Shown one piece after another: positions 37,030 through 50,099 of a stretch of 64,000 bases of DNA (position 1 is the stretch's first letter; each line of letters begins with the position of its first letter). The notes under the pieces are model-generated. The model saw nothing but the letters and a program-made list of their open reading frames with translations, was not told the origin of the DNA and made no database searches. The position numbers and the translations under genes are program-made. The stretch is from contig JAQGDQ010000560.1 of the NCBI GenBank assembly GCA_030141605.1, positions 62,001 through 126,000 on the forward strand, given 5' to 3'. The stretch comes from Tubiluchus corallicola. Lineage: Eukaryota > Animalia > Priapulida.

Positions 37030-38762
37030 CTTACCAACAGCATTGCAACCATGTTTGGTTCTGATCACTTACTTAACTAACACTAGCATTGCAGCCATGT
37101 TTAGTTGTGATCACATACATAACAAATAGTAGCATTGCAACCATGCTTAGTTGTGATCACTTAACAAACGGTAGCATTGCAGCCATGTTTATTTGTGATC
37201 ACTTACTTAACTAACAGTAGCATTGCAACCATGTTTAGTTGTGATCACTTACTTAACTAACAGTAGCATTGCAGCCATGTTTAGTTGTGATCACTTACTT
37301 AACTAACAGTAACATTGCAGCCATGTTTAGTTGTGATCACTTACTTAACTAACAGTAGCATTGCAGCCATGTTTAGTTGTGATCACTTACTTAACTAACA
37401 GTAGCATTTCAACCATGTTTAGTTGTGATCACTTACTTAACTAACAGTAACATTTCAACCATGTTTAGTTGTGATCACTTACTTAACTAACAGTAGCATT
37501 TCAACCATGTTTAGTTGTGATCACTTACTTAACTAACAGTAACATTTCAACCATGTTTAGTTGTGATCACTTACTTAACTAACAGTAGCATTGCAGCCAT
37601 GTTTAGTTGTGATCACTTACTTAACTAACAGTAGCAATGCAACCATGTTTAGTTGTGATCACTTACTTAACTAACAGTAGCATTGCAGCCATGTTTAGTT
37701 GTGATCACTTACTTAACTAACAGTAGCATTGCAGCCATGTTTAGTTGTGATCACTTACTTAATTAACAGTAGCATTGCAACCATGTTTAGTTGTGATCAC
37801 TTACTTAACTAACAGTAGCATTGCAGCCATGTTTAGTTGTGATCACTTACTTAACTAACAGTAGCATTTCAACCATGTTTAGTTGTGATCACTTACTTAA
37901 CTAACAGTAACATTTCAACCATGTTTAGTTGTGATCACTTACTTAACTAACAGTAGCATTTCAACCATGTTTAGTTGTGATCACTTACTTAACTAACAGT
38001 AACATTTCAACCATGTTTAGTTGTGATCACTTACTTAACTAACAGTAGCATTGCAGCCATGTTTAGTTGTGATCACTTACTTAACTAACAGTAGCATTGC
38101 AACCATGTTTAGTTGTGATCACTTACTTAACTAACAGTAGCATTGCAACCATGTTTAGTTGTGATCACTTACTTAATAAATGGTAGCGTTGCAGCCATGT
38201 TTAGTTGTGATCACTTACTTAACAAATGGTAGCATTGCAGCCATGTTTAGTTGTGATCACTTACTTAACTAACAGTTGCATTGCAGCCATGTTTAATTGT
38301 GATCATTTACTTAACTAACAGTAGCATTGCAACCATGTTTAGTTGTGATCACTTACTTAATAAATGGTAGCATTGTAACCATGTTTAGTTGTGATCACTT
38401 ACTTAATAAATGGTAGCGTTGCAGCCATGTTTAGTTGTGATCACTTACTTAACTAACAGTAGCAATGCAACCATGTTTAGTTGTGATCACTTACTTAACT
38501 AACAGTAGCATTGCAACCATGTTTAGTTGTGATCATTTACTTAACTAACAGTAGCATTTCAACCATGTTTAGTTGTGATCACTTACTTAACTAACAGTAG
38601 CATTGTAACCATGTTTAGTTGTGATCACTTACTTAACTAACAGTAGCATTGTAACCATGTTTAGTTGTGATCATTTACTTAACTAACAGTAGCATTGCAA
38701 CCATGTTTAGTTGTGATCACTTACTTAACAAACGGTAGCATTGCAGTCACGTTTAGTTGTGA
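37030..38762. repeat. Minisatellite, 46-bp unit AGCATTGCAGCCATGTTTAGTTGTGATCACTTACTTAACTAACAGT
   Basis: About 37 tandem copies in FBXO41 intron 7. Confidence 0.97.
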
Positions 38763-38992
38763 ATACATTCTGCCTAAACGAGGTTAGTCCCCGCGGTCAG
38801 TATGCCAGCTCAAATCATCCCGAGCAAGCACTGAATGGGGGTCACTAATCCACAAACTGATTAGGCACAGCATTGCATAACTTATATAGTTTTGAAAAAT
38901 TGCAAAACTTTGCCTCGAAGTGTTTGTATCAATGTAAATGCTCGGAAGCATAATTTAGCATTAAAAATGTATGAAAAGTATTTGTATTACAG

Positions 38993-39142
38993 AATTCTGA
39001 TAGGAATAAGCAAGCACTGTAACAATCTAACCTCGCTCGCATGGATAAGTAATAGACACGTGGTCAGTCATGATGTAGTTTCTTCTCTTGCCACTGGGTG
39101 TCACCACTTAACAACGTTGGTGCTGCCACCACCGCAAAATGG
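38993..39142 (+). CDS. FBXO41: FBXO41-like exon 8 (LRR-like, SKHCNNLTSL...ATGCHHLTTLVLPP)
   Basis: ttacag / gtaagt, 150 nt. Confidence 0.93.
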
Positions 39143-39490
39143 GTAAGTGACTGAATTATTAGAGCATCAAATTTGTGTCTTCCTTTCTGTCACTGATGGC
39201 TTGTAGTATGAATCATTTTACAGACATTTCCAAATTTACAGATTTGTATAATTTATTAGATAATCTATTGTGCGTGACACAGTGAATCACTGATAAGAAT
39301 TTCTTTTAATTTTAAATATTAAAAAAAGTTTAATGTAGTTTTTTTTTACTTTGTCATGAATTTTTATTGCAAAATCAAATTGTTTACTAAATAAACTGTT
39401 TTTTGATACATTATTTTACTATCTGTACATGATGTGTACTGGATTCATTTATGATAACTAATTCAAAACATTTCGCGGGATGGACTTGCG

Positions 39491-39782
39491 AAATTTGACA
39501 GGAAACAAGTGTGAAGAGGTTGAAGTTGAGTTTAGATTTGAACCAGAAACCTTTGAATGGCATGATCAGTACAAAATTTGACTGGAAACAAGTCTGAAGA
39601 GGTCGAAGCTAAGCTTAGATTTGAACCAGAAACCTTTGAATGGCATGATCAGTACAAAATTTGACTGGAAACAAGGGTAAGGAGGTCGAGGCTGAGTTTA
39701 GATTTGAACCAGAAACCTTTGAATGGCATGATCAGTACAAAATTTGACTGGAAACAAGTGTGAAGAGGTCAAGGCTGAGTTC
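39491..39782. repeat. Tandem repeat, 83-bp x about 3.5
   Basis: Direct observation. Confidence 0.9.
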
Positions 39783-39893
39783 AGTTTTATCTTAGACCAC
39801 ACTACAGCAAAAACCTTTGTAATTAAGATCATTTACATTTGCTTATGAATTGACTTTACTAGAAACAATTTCTTTATTTTTTTCACTTTTCAG

Positions 39894-40012
39894 CAAAGCT
39901 GGAAGTTACTTGAATAAGAGGTCATTAGAAACAATAGCACAGTCTTGGACAAACTTGAGAGTTCTGTGCATAGGAGGTCCCGGTGTGGACAGACAAGGTC
40001 TCCTGACAATCG
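39894..40012 (+). CDS. FBXO41: FBXO41-like exon 9 (WTNLRVLCIGG)
   Basis: ttttcag / gtaaaa, 119 nt. Confidence 0.94.
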
Positions 40013-41244
40013 GTAAAACTTGGCATTTCTATGTTGTTTCACCTAAGATGTCGTAAAATAACTAATGTTGCTCCGTATATACATATTTGCCGGATAGTGA
40101 ATACCGGATGTTATCAGATGTTTCTACAAATAGGCATCCGGATTCGAATTACACTCGGATAGACTAGGTAACTGCGAGTCAAATACTCAAATCAGTTTGG
40201 ATAGTGAAAAATAGTAAGTGCTTGCAAACATTAGTGTTTTTATTTAGTCTGTCATCTTAAATTATCCAGGCTTATGCACTTCGGGAATTATTAAGCAAAA
40301 CCTGAACAGAAAATTAATTAATAATTGAATGAGAAACAAGAAGATATTTAATTAAATGTGGGTAACTAATATAAATATATGTAAACTTTGATGTCGTTAC
40401 AGTTACCGTGGGATTTTTATTCGTAACTTTATGTACTTGTAATTCAGTTTACTGAGTTTGGCAGTACGGGAGATCTTTTGCTACACTTTAAAGGATCATT
40501 TGTTTCTTGCCCTTGCATGAACATGCATCACAGCGGGAGGTACAGCCTTTAGAAAAAGGGTGGGCCCAACTAAAGGCAGAGCCCTGGCTGCCAATCCATT
40601 CTGCTGCATTTTAGACCATTTTTTACTATTTCCTTAAGCAAATGCAGTAGTTTAAAACTCATTATGTCACCTCAAACTTCTGACTCTTAATTACACACCA
40701 ATATACTAGTATAAACCCTAGTATGGCATATAATTGCACACAGCGACATCTTTGCCAAAAACTTCAATTATCGCTTAAAGGGCACAAACGTTTTTACTCT
40801 GAAATCATTAATGCAGAACTTTTTACTCGATATAAATCATTAAAAGCTACAACTAAACGTTCTAAAGCTTATAATTCAGAGAAAATATTCACTTGGTGTG
40901 CTGTAACTGCTACTATGAAAGGAGGGGGGCCACGTCCCTTGGGCTCACGTCCTAAGTCTGCCACTGCATCATATTACTACATACAAAACGGAAAGAAAAT
41001 GTGCACGAAACTCTCATCAAACACAAACGTAGCCTAAAACGACCTCTGAGCGGGATTTTTTTTGATAATATTTTTTTATTTATTTTCGACTGTTAAATTA
41101 TCGGAAAACCGTTTGCATTGACAGAAAGTGGATAGTGAATATTTGCGAAGTTTTCTAGGCGGGCGAGTAACTAGAGAACTAGCCTGGGCAGTAAAAATGC
41201 GAAAATGCTCTGAATGAATTTTTCCAGTGCTCGCTCATCCATAC

Positions 41245-41485
41245 TGTAACCTGGCCCAGCATTGCTTAACTTCATAGTCAGGCACTCATCTATTCCGTGA
41301 CCTGATTCAGGATTGCTTAACTACATAATCAAGCATCCACCCACTCAGTAACCTGGTCCAGCATTGCTTAACTTCATAGCAAAGCACTCATCTATTCACT
41401 GACCTGGTTCATCATTGCTTAACTTCATAATCAAGCATCTACCCACTCAGTAACCTGATCCAGCATTGCCTAACTTCATAGTCAA
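41245..41485 (-). repeat. 51-bp x5 tandem repeat resembling the 5S rRNA internal control region
   Basis: ATTGCYTAAC at 41261, 41312, 41363, 41414, 41465; minus strand GAAGTTAAGCAA...GGTTA...TGGGTGGATG. Confidence 0.75.
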
Positions 41486-41600
41486 ACACATTTATAATTA
41501 CACAATTAAGCCAAAATCTCTGTAATAGAGGAGTGTTCTGTCCTTTGACTCTATGTTGAAACTAGAGTGAAGTATTTAATGTTAAGTAATTATGTTTTAG

Positions 41601-41759
41601 TAATATCTTGTCAACAACTGTTTGCTCTGGAATTAGAGAAGGCGCCTGAGATAGACGAGACTGTTGCAGTGTCACTGTGTAATGTTGGACTACAGCAGTT
41701 ACACACTCTTGAGCTGACATTTACGCCTGTAACACCGAGAGCTTTGGTACACCTTTGCA
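41601..41759 (+). CDS. FBXO41: FBXO41-like exon 10 (LELTFTPVTPRALVHL)
   Basis: ttttag / gtaagt, 159 nt; FTPVTP motif. Confidence 0.94.
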
Positions 41760-42519
41760 GTAAGTACAGCAAATTTGGATAATCAATTCAGAGTGTTAAA
41801 ACTTGAAGTACCTAGCTACTTTGCTACTGAGTGTAATAAAAAATGGTTGATATACTGAATAATTTTTGTATTGGTGCTTCAGGCTGCGTGTGTTTAGCCT
41901 AAGAGTGGCTGAACAAAAACCGTTTTTTTTGCCGAAGTTGAAAAAATGCGACATGGCGCTTGATTTACCGTGTGTCTTAATGTTTCGTTGATACTGTATC
42001 ACTTTTATCATTGTCAAAATGATGGTCTAATAAGTCTTTCATTGTTTCGTTGTGCATAGACACAGTTGGTATAGGTCAAAGGTTAAGTGCACTGCAGCAG
42101 CGCATCTTAACTACAATTGTTATGTGACATGCATGTAAAGCATGTTCCATTCTGCTGCATTAGTTCCATAACCTCAGTTGTTTTATGAGGACTTTGCTTA
42201 ATTATGCATCAGTCTGTGCGTAGAGTGATTTACTAGCAGGATCTTGGTTAAGAACAAGAAAAAATGAACTAGGTAAGGTTCTAGCTAGCTGTTAAAACTG
42301 TTAGTATTATAATAGCTTGGACTGCGAGATATTGTCAAGTGTACACAAATGTGTTGACTGGTACACTTAACCTTTGACCTTTTCACGATCATCATCAATA
42401 GCTGGAACTGTGAAAAGGCTTACTTAAAACGAAAGAATTAACTTTTAACAACTAATGCACTGAACTAGTTTCCAAATGGCTTGTACAATGTCTTATATCT
42501 GTGTCTTAACAAATCAAGC

Positions 42520-45259
42520 TTCGACTAGAATGGCGCTACTACTAATGTCACTACTAGTATGGCGCTACTACTAATGTCGCTACTAGTATGGCGCTACTAC
42601 TAACGTCGCTACTAGTATGGTGCTACTACTAACGTCGCTACTAGTATGGTGCTACTACTAACGCCACTACTAGTATGGCCCTACTACTAATGTCACTACT
42701 AGTATGGTGCTACTACTAATGTCACTACTAGTATGGCGCTACTACTAATGTCGCTACTAGTATGGCGCTACTACTAATGTCGCTACTAGTATGGCGCTAC
42801 TACTAATGTCGCTACTAGTATGGCGCTACTACTAATGTCACTACTAGTATGGTGCTACTACTAATGTCACTACTAGTATGGCGCTACTACTAATGTCGCT
42901 ACTAGTATGGCGCTACTACTAACGTCGCTACTAGTATGGTGCTACTACTAATGCCACTACTAGTATGGCCCTACTACTAATGTCACTACTAGTATGGTGC
43001 TACTACTAATGTCACTACTAGTATGGCGCTACTACTAATGTCGCTACTAGTATGGCGCTACTACTAATGTCGCTACTAGTATGGCGCTACTACTAATGTC
43101 GCTACTAGTATGGCGCTACTACTAATGTCGCTACTAGTATGGCGCTACTACTAATGTCACTACTAGTATGGCGCTACTACTAACGCCACTACTAGTATGG
43201 CCCTACTACTAATGTCACTACTAGTATGGTGCTACTACTAATGTCACTACTAGTATGGTGCTACTACTAATGTCGCTACTAGTATGACGCTACTACTAAT
43301 GTCGCTACTAGTATGGCGCTACTACTAATGTCGCTACTAATGGCGCTACTACTAATGTCGCTACTAGTATGGCGCTACTACTAATGTCACTACTAGTATG
43401 GCGCTACTACTAATGTCGCTACTAGTATGGCGCTACTACTAATGCCACTACTAGTATGGCACTACTACTAATGTCGCTACTAGTATGGCGCTACTACTAA
43501 TGTCGCTACTAGTATGGCGCTACTACTAATGCCACTACTAGTATGGCACTACCAATGTCGCTACTACTAATGTCGCTACTAGTATGGCGCTACTACTAAT
43601 GTCACTACTACTAATGTCACTACTAGTATGGCGCTACTACTAATGTCACTACTAGTATGGCGCTACTACTAATGTCACTACTAGTATGGCCCTACTACTA
43701 ATGTCACTACTAGTATGGCGCTACTACTAATGTCACTACTAGTATGGCCCTACTACTAATGTCACTACTAGTATGGCGCTACTACTAATGTCGCTACTAC
43801 TAATGTCGCTACTAGTATGGCGCTACTACTAATGTCACTACTAGTATGGCCCTACTACTAATGTCACTACTAGTATGGCGCTACTACTAATGTCGCTACT
43901 ACTAATGCCACTACTAGTATGGCGCTACTACTAATGTCACTACTAGTATGGCCCTACTACTAATGTCACTACTAGTATGGCGCTACCACTAATTCCACTA
44001 CTAGTATGGTGCTACTACTAACGTCGCTACTAGTATGGCGCTACTACTAATGTCGCTACTAGTATGGCTCTACTACTAATGTCACTACTAGTATTGCGCT
44101 ACTACTAACGTCGCTACTAGTGTGGCGCTACTACTAATGTCGCTACTAGTATGGCTCTACTACTAATGTCACTACTAGTATGGCGCTACTACTAATGTCA
44201 CTACTAGTATGGCGCTACTACTAATGCCACTACAAGTATGGCGCTACTACTAATGCCACTACTAGTATGGCCCTACTACTAATGTCGCTACTAGTATGGC
44301 GCTACTACTAATTTCGCTACTAGTATGGCTCTACTACTAATGTCACTACTAGTATGGCGCTACTACTAACGTCACTACTAGTATGGCGCTACTACTAATG
44401 CCACTACAAGTATGGCGCTACTACTAATGCCACTACTAGTATGGCCCTACTACTAATGTCGCTACTAGTATGGCGCTACTACTAATTTCGCTACTAGTAT
44501 GGCTCTACTACTAATGTCACTACTAGTATGGCGCTACTACTAATGTCACTACTAGTATGGCGCTACTACTAATGCCACTACAAGTATGGCGCTACTACTA
44601 ATGCCACTACTAGTATGGCCCTACTACTAATGTCGCTACTAGTATGGCGCTACTACTAATTTCGCTACTAGTATGGCTCTACTACTAATGTCACTACTAG
44701 TATGGCGCTACTACTAATGTCACTACTAGTATGGCGCTACTACTAATGCCACTACAAGTATGGCGCTACTACTAATGCCACTACTAGTATGGCCCTACTA
44801 CTAATGTCGCTACTAGTATGGCGCTACTACTAATTTCGCTACTAGTATGGCTCTACTACTAATGTCACTACTAGTATGGCGCTACTACTAATGTCACTAC
44901 TAGTATGGCGCTACTACTAATGCCACTACAAGTATGGCACTACTACTAATGTCACTACTAGTATGGCGCTACTACTAATGTCGCTACTAGTATGGCGCTA
45001 CTACTAATGCCACTACTAGTATGGCACTACTACTAATGTCACTACTAGTATGGCCCTACTACTAATGTCACTACTAGTATGGCGCTACTACTAATGTCAC
45101 TACTAGTATGGCGCTACTACCAATGTCACTACTAGTATGGCGCTATTACTAATGTCACTACTAGTATGGCACTACTACTAATGTCACTACTAGTATGGCG
45201 CTACTACCAATGTCACTACTAGTATGGCGCTATTACTAATGTCACTACTAGTATGGCGC
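42520..45259. repeat. Minisatellite, 29-bp unit GCTACTACTAATGTC+RCTACTAGTATGGC
   Basis: About 94 copies in FBXO41 intron 10. Confidence 0.97.
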
Positions 45260-45357
45260 ATGTTGTTTCGTTTACTATAAAATTTAAATTTCTGATTATC
45301 AGTCTGTTTGGAATAAAATCTGGCATTCTGAATGGCTAACCTTAAACATCTTAACAG

Positions 45358-45473
45358 AAAATTGCCGATTGCTGAAAAGATTGTCCGTAGCGATGGGTAT
45401 ATCCGATTATTTCATCAACCCAGATTCGGCGGAAGCGCAGACGGCGTTCAAGCATATTGTGAACAAATTACAG
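45358..45473 (+). CDS. FBXO41: FBXO41-like exon 11 (NCRLLKRLSVAMGISDYFINPDSAEAQTAFKHIVNKLQ)
   Basis: Resembles FBXO41 C-terminal GIxDYF...EAQ..F....KLQ; different frame from the ORF-track entry. Confidence 0.94.
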
Positions 45474-46171
45474 GTAAGAACACAAGTGTCATCAAGGTAA
45501 TTAACAGGTGTAGGATTAATGGCGACGCTTTCCGTTAAAGGATATTACGATGATTAGTAAATAAATGTGGTTTTCATCAACTAACTATAGGTAGTGTTGT
45601 GAGAGGATATTAGGGGCATTTTTACCAATAGGCTAACTAGGCATTAGCCTAGGGCACCAAATTTTAGGAGCCCAGTGTTAAAAGTTTCTTATCCTCTTCG
45701 AAAAATGCATATTTTTTCATATTCATATAAGGTGCGTGTTTTATAACTCATCACAAGCAGTCCGCTTTCGTGTAAATGCCACATAACAAACGAGTGCAAT
45801 TGTTACGTAAAAGTTACTACACCACAAGCAGTTGTACAATCTCACTAGATATAAAGGCGGGCGGATGTTCCCCTGGATGTTAATTAGGTGACACAATATG
45901 AATGCAATGCAATAGTAAATGTAATTATGGACATAGACATAACAAGTAGAAGCGCATATGTAAATAAATGGGATTTACATAAATATACGACTTTGGTAAG
46001 ATACTTTTTAGTATCGATACAAGATTTTTGTATCGCTAATTATCGTTTACCAACACTAGCTGTAGGTAGCTTTAACTACATATGTGGATTCTCTTTTATG
46101 TTTTTTTAAAACCTTTTCTAGCTTATTCTGTTTTTTAGTGTCACTGTTACAGGTTTTATTCGATTTTTTAG

Positions 46172-46231
46172 GTACTGAGTAAGCAATCGGGTCTTTGTCA
46201 AGTGCTTCACATTCAAACAGACTATGGCTAA
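46172..46231 (+). CDS. FBXO41: FBXO41-like exon 12, terminal (VLSKQSGLCQVLHIQTDYG*)
   Basis: ttttttag acceptor, phase 0, xLHI motif, TAA at 46229-46231. Confidence 0.88.
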   Translation, partial: VLSKQSGLCQVLHIQTDYG

Positions 46232-48565
46232 ATAAACTATGCTAAACGTTTCAAACAGACTACGGCTGGATAAATTATGCTAAACGTTTCAAACAGACTA
46301 CGGCTGGATAAATTATGCTAAACGTTTCAAACAGACTACGGCTGGATGAATTATACTAAATGTTTCAAACAGACTATGGCTGGATAAATTATGCTAAATG
46401 TTTCAAACAGGCGGCGGCTGGATAAATTATGCTAAACGTTTCAAACAAACTGTGGCTGGATAAATTATGCTAAATGTTTCAAACAAACTGTGGCTGGATA
46501 AATTATGCTAAATGTTTCAAACAAACTACGGCTGGATAAATTATGCTAAACATTTCAAACAGACTACGTCTGGATAAATTATGCTAAACGTTTCAAACAG
46601 ACTACGGCTGGATAAATTATGCTCAACGTTTCAAACAGACTGCGGCTGGATAAATTAAGCTAAAAGTTTCAAACAGACTACGGCTGGATAAATTAAGCTA
46701 AATGTTTCAAACAGACTACGTCTGGATAAATTATGCTAAATTTTTCAAACAGACTGTGGCTGGATAAATTATGCTAAACGTTTCAGACAGACTATGTCTG
46801 GATAAATTTTGCTAAATGTTTCAAACAGACTACAGCTAAATAAATTATGCTAAACGTTTCAAACAAACTGTGGCTGGATAAATTATGCTAAATGTTTCAA
46901 ACGGACTGCATCTGGATAAATTATGCTAAACATTTCATACAGACTACGGCTGGATAAATTATGCTCAATGTTTCAAACAGACTACGGCTGGATAAATTAT
47001 GCTCAACGTTTCAAACAGACTACGTCTGGATAAATTAAGCTAAAAGTTTCAAACAGACTACGTCTGGATAAATTATGCTAAATGTTTCAAACAGACTACG
47101 GCTGGATAAATTAAGCTAAATGTTTCAAACAGACTACGTCTGGATAAATTATGCTAAATTTTTCAAACAGACTGTGGCTGGATAAATTATGCTAAACGTT
47201 TCAGACAGACTATGTCTGGATAAATTTTGCTAAATGTTTCAAACAGACTACAGCTAAATAAATTATGCTAAACGTTTCAAACAAACTGTGGCTGGATAAA
47301 TTATGCTAAATGTTTCAAACGGACTGCATCTGGATAAATTATGCTAAACATTTCATACAGACTATGGCTGGATAAATTATGCTCAATGTTTCAAACAGAC
47401 AACGGCTGGATAAATTATGCTAAACGTTTTAAACAGACTGCGGCTGGATAAATTATGCTAAACGTTTCAAACAGACTACGGCTAAATAAATTATGCTAAA
47501 CGTTTCAAACAAACTGCGGCTTGATAAATTGTGCTAAATGTTTCAAACAGACTACGGCTGGATAAATTATGCTAAAAGTTTCAAACAGACTACAGCTAAA
47601 TAAATTATGCTAAACATTTCAAACAGACTGTGGCTGGATAAATTATGCTAAACGTTTCAAACGGACTGCATCTGGATAATTTATGCTAAACATTTCATAC
47701 AGACTACGGCTGGATAAATTATGCTAAATGTTTCAAACAGACTACGGCTGGATAAATTATGCTAAACGTTTCAAACAGACTGCGGCTGGACAAATTATGC
47801 TAAACGTTTCAAACAGACTACGGCTAAATAAATTATACTAAACGTTTCAAACAGACTGTGGCTTAATAAATTATGCTAAACGTTTCAAACAGACTACGGC
47901 TGGATAAATTATGCTAAACGTTTCAAGCAGACTGTGGCTGGATAAATTGTGCTCAACGTTTTAAACAGACTACGGCTGGATAAATTATGCTAAACGTTTC
48001 AAACAGACTGCGGCTGGATAAATTATGCTAAACGTTTCCAACAGACTACGGCTAAATAAATTGTACTAAACGTTTCAAACAGACTGTGGCTTAATAAATT
48101 ATGCTAAACGTTTCAAACAGACTACGGCTGGATAAATTATGCTAAACGTTTCAAGCAGACTGTGGCTGGATAAATTGTGCTCAACGTTTTAAACAGACTG
48201 CGGCTAAATAAATTATGCTAAACGTTTCAAACAGACTGCAGCTTGATAAATTGTGCTAAATGTTTTAAACAGACAGCGTCTAAATAAATTATGCTAAACG
48301 TTTCAAACAGACTGCAGCTTGATAAATTGTGCTAAATGTTTCAAACAGACTACGGCTGGATAAATTATGCTAAACGTTTCAAACAGACTGCGGCTTAATA
48401 AATTATGTTAAACATTTCAAACAGACTGCAGCTTGATAAATTCTGCTAAATGTTTCAAACAGACTACGGCTGGATAAATTATGCTAAACGTTTCAAACAG
48501 ACTGCGGCTTAATAAATTATGTTAAACGTTTCAAACAGACTACGGATGGATAAATTATGCTAAAC
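46212..48565. repeat. Minisatellite, 38-bp unit TTCAAACAGACTACGGCTGGATAAATTATGCTAAACGT
   Basis: About 62 copies; first unit overlaps the FBXO41 stop codon. Confidence 0.97.
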
Positions 48566-49225
48566 AATTTTTGCTCAACGCATAGATTTAAAATTTGTAC
48601 TATGTTACAAACATGGCAAGCAAGTATTGACAGTAATAAGTTGTTTTTTTCTGTGCTATTTCCGCTGGAGTGGGTGCATTTGTAACACATCGGTAATGAT
48701 AACTGTTACTTCAATCTTTCCCACTCTAAATTTCTCTCCACAATTCCAAACTGGTACCTATATCAGCAGGGTGCATTACTAATATTGCATACTCGTGGCA
48801 GGACGGGGTCCTACTCATTATTAAGGATAACCCTACTAGATTGGCAGAGGTGTCTTCACCACGTTTAGAAGTCATACCTCCGCAAGCTACACTTTCCTGA
48901 GGTCACTCATCATTTACAGAGCGGGCTCGATGTTGCTTAACTAGGTGCACTCGTGACCATTCAGCCATGTCTGTTCAAAGTGCACTGATCACACGAGCCT
49001 ATGTATGGTGCTTAGGTACTGGATAATCATGTCTTTGGTGCCAAAACAGTATTATTATTATTTATTAATTTTCTTGTTTTTTTGTTTGTATAATTTTTGC
49101 ATATAATGAGCACTTTACTTATTTTACATGGGCATTGGATAGTTATATTACATTTATATATTTATAAAATATAGTTTATTATGGTTAAATATTATGAGCT
49201 AGGATATGAGAAGTAAAATTACGTA

Positions 49226-49729
49226 CAGTAGTACCTCTATTTTCGACCATAATTCGTTCCTAAAAAGTGTTTAAAAATCTATTTGGTTGAGAACTGAATC
49301 ATTTATTCTCATTAGAAATAATGTAAAAGCAAATAATCCGTTCTCAAGCACCAAATGAACTGTAAAGTATTACTAAAATGAAATATAATAATGCAAAAAT
49401 GTTTATTCAAACAGTAGATATGATATAATTGATATGAAAAACATAATAGAATTAGTTAGAAAGAAAAACATAATTGTTCCTTCATGAAAAAGCGGAGAAA
49501 AATAAACGTAGAAAGCACTTAGCGATATTAGGCGATTCAAATCTTGTGCGTGACTACACTCGGGTGCAATTGGTTACGCTCGGCTCGCCGCGCATGCATT
49601 TATCACGTATTTGGCGGTTGGTCGAGTACCGAAATTCTGGTCGAGAACAGAGACAATTTTAACTAGAATTTTCTGGTCGAAAACCGATTTGTACGGGTAC
49701 GGAGACGTTCGAAAACGGAGGTATTACTG
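49226..49729. mobile_element. pogo/Tc1-like MITE
   Basis: TIR CAGTARTACCTC, TA TSD on both sides. Confidence 0.88.
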
Positions 49730-50099
49730 TATATTTGAAATTTATTGCCAAGTTTTATATGTCTGACGTACAGAAAATATTGATTACATTTAATTAGGTT
49801 TTAATATATAAGATCTGAAAACAATTTTACACATTTCTAAGATACTTTTAACGTTTTTACTTTCTTATCACGTTACTTGATATATATATGTACATGTTTA
49901 ACATTTATACATTTTTGCATGTTTAAATAGACCTACTTGAAATTGTTTATGACTTTTTAAATTCAAAAATTAATGTATCGACAATTGCATGTAAGTGTCT
50001 TCGTAAATTTTGTTTTCACTTGTTGTATGTAGTCTTATTTAAACATTCATATGTTTAGAATGTAGTAATATTGGCTCAGTTTGGCAGTCTTTCCTTTAA

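Noticed and set aside
37030-38762. CRISPR-like appearance of the long regular arrays (also 46212-48565)
   Set aside because: Units are contiguous with no unique spacers, no cas genes are present, and the context is eukaryotic
45332-45538. ORF-track 68-aa protein
   Set aside because: The real exon is in another frame, as shown by phase and FBXO41 similarity
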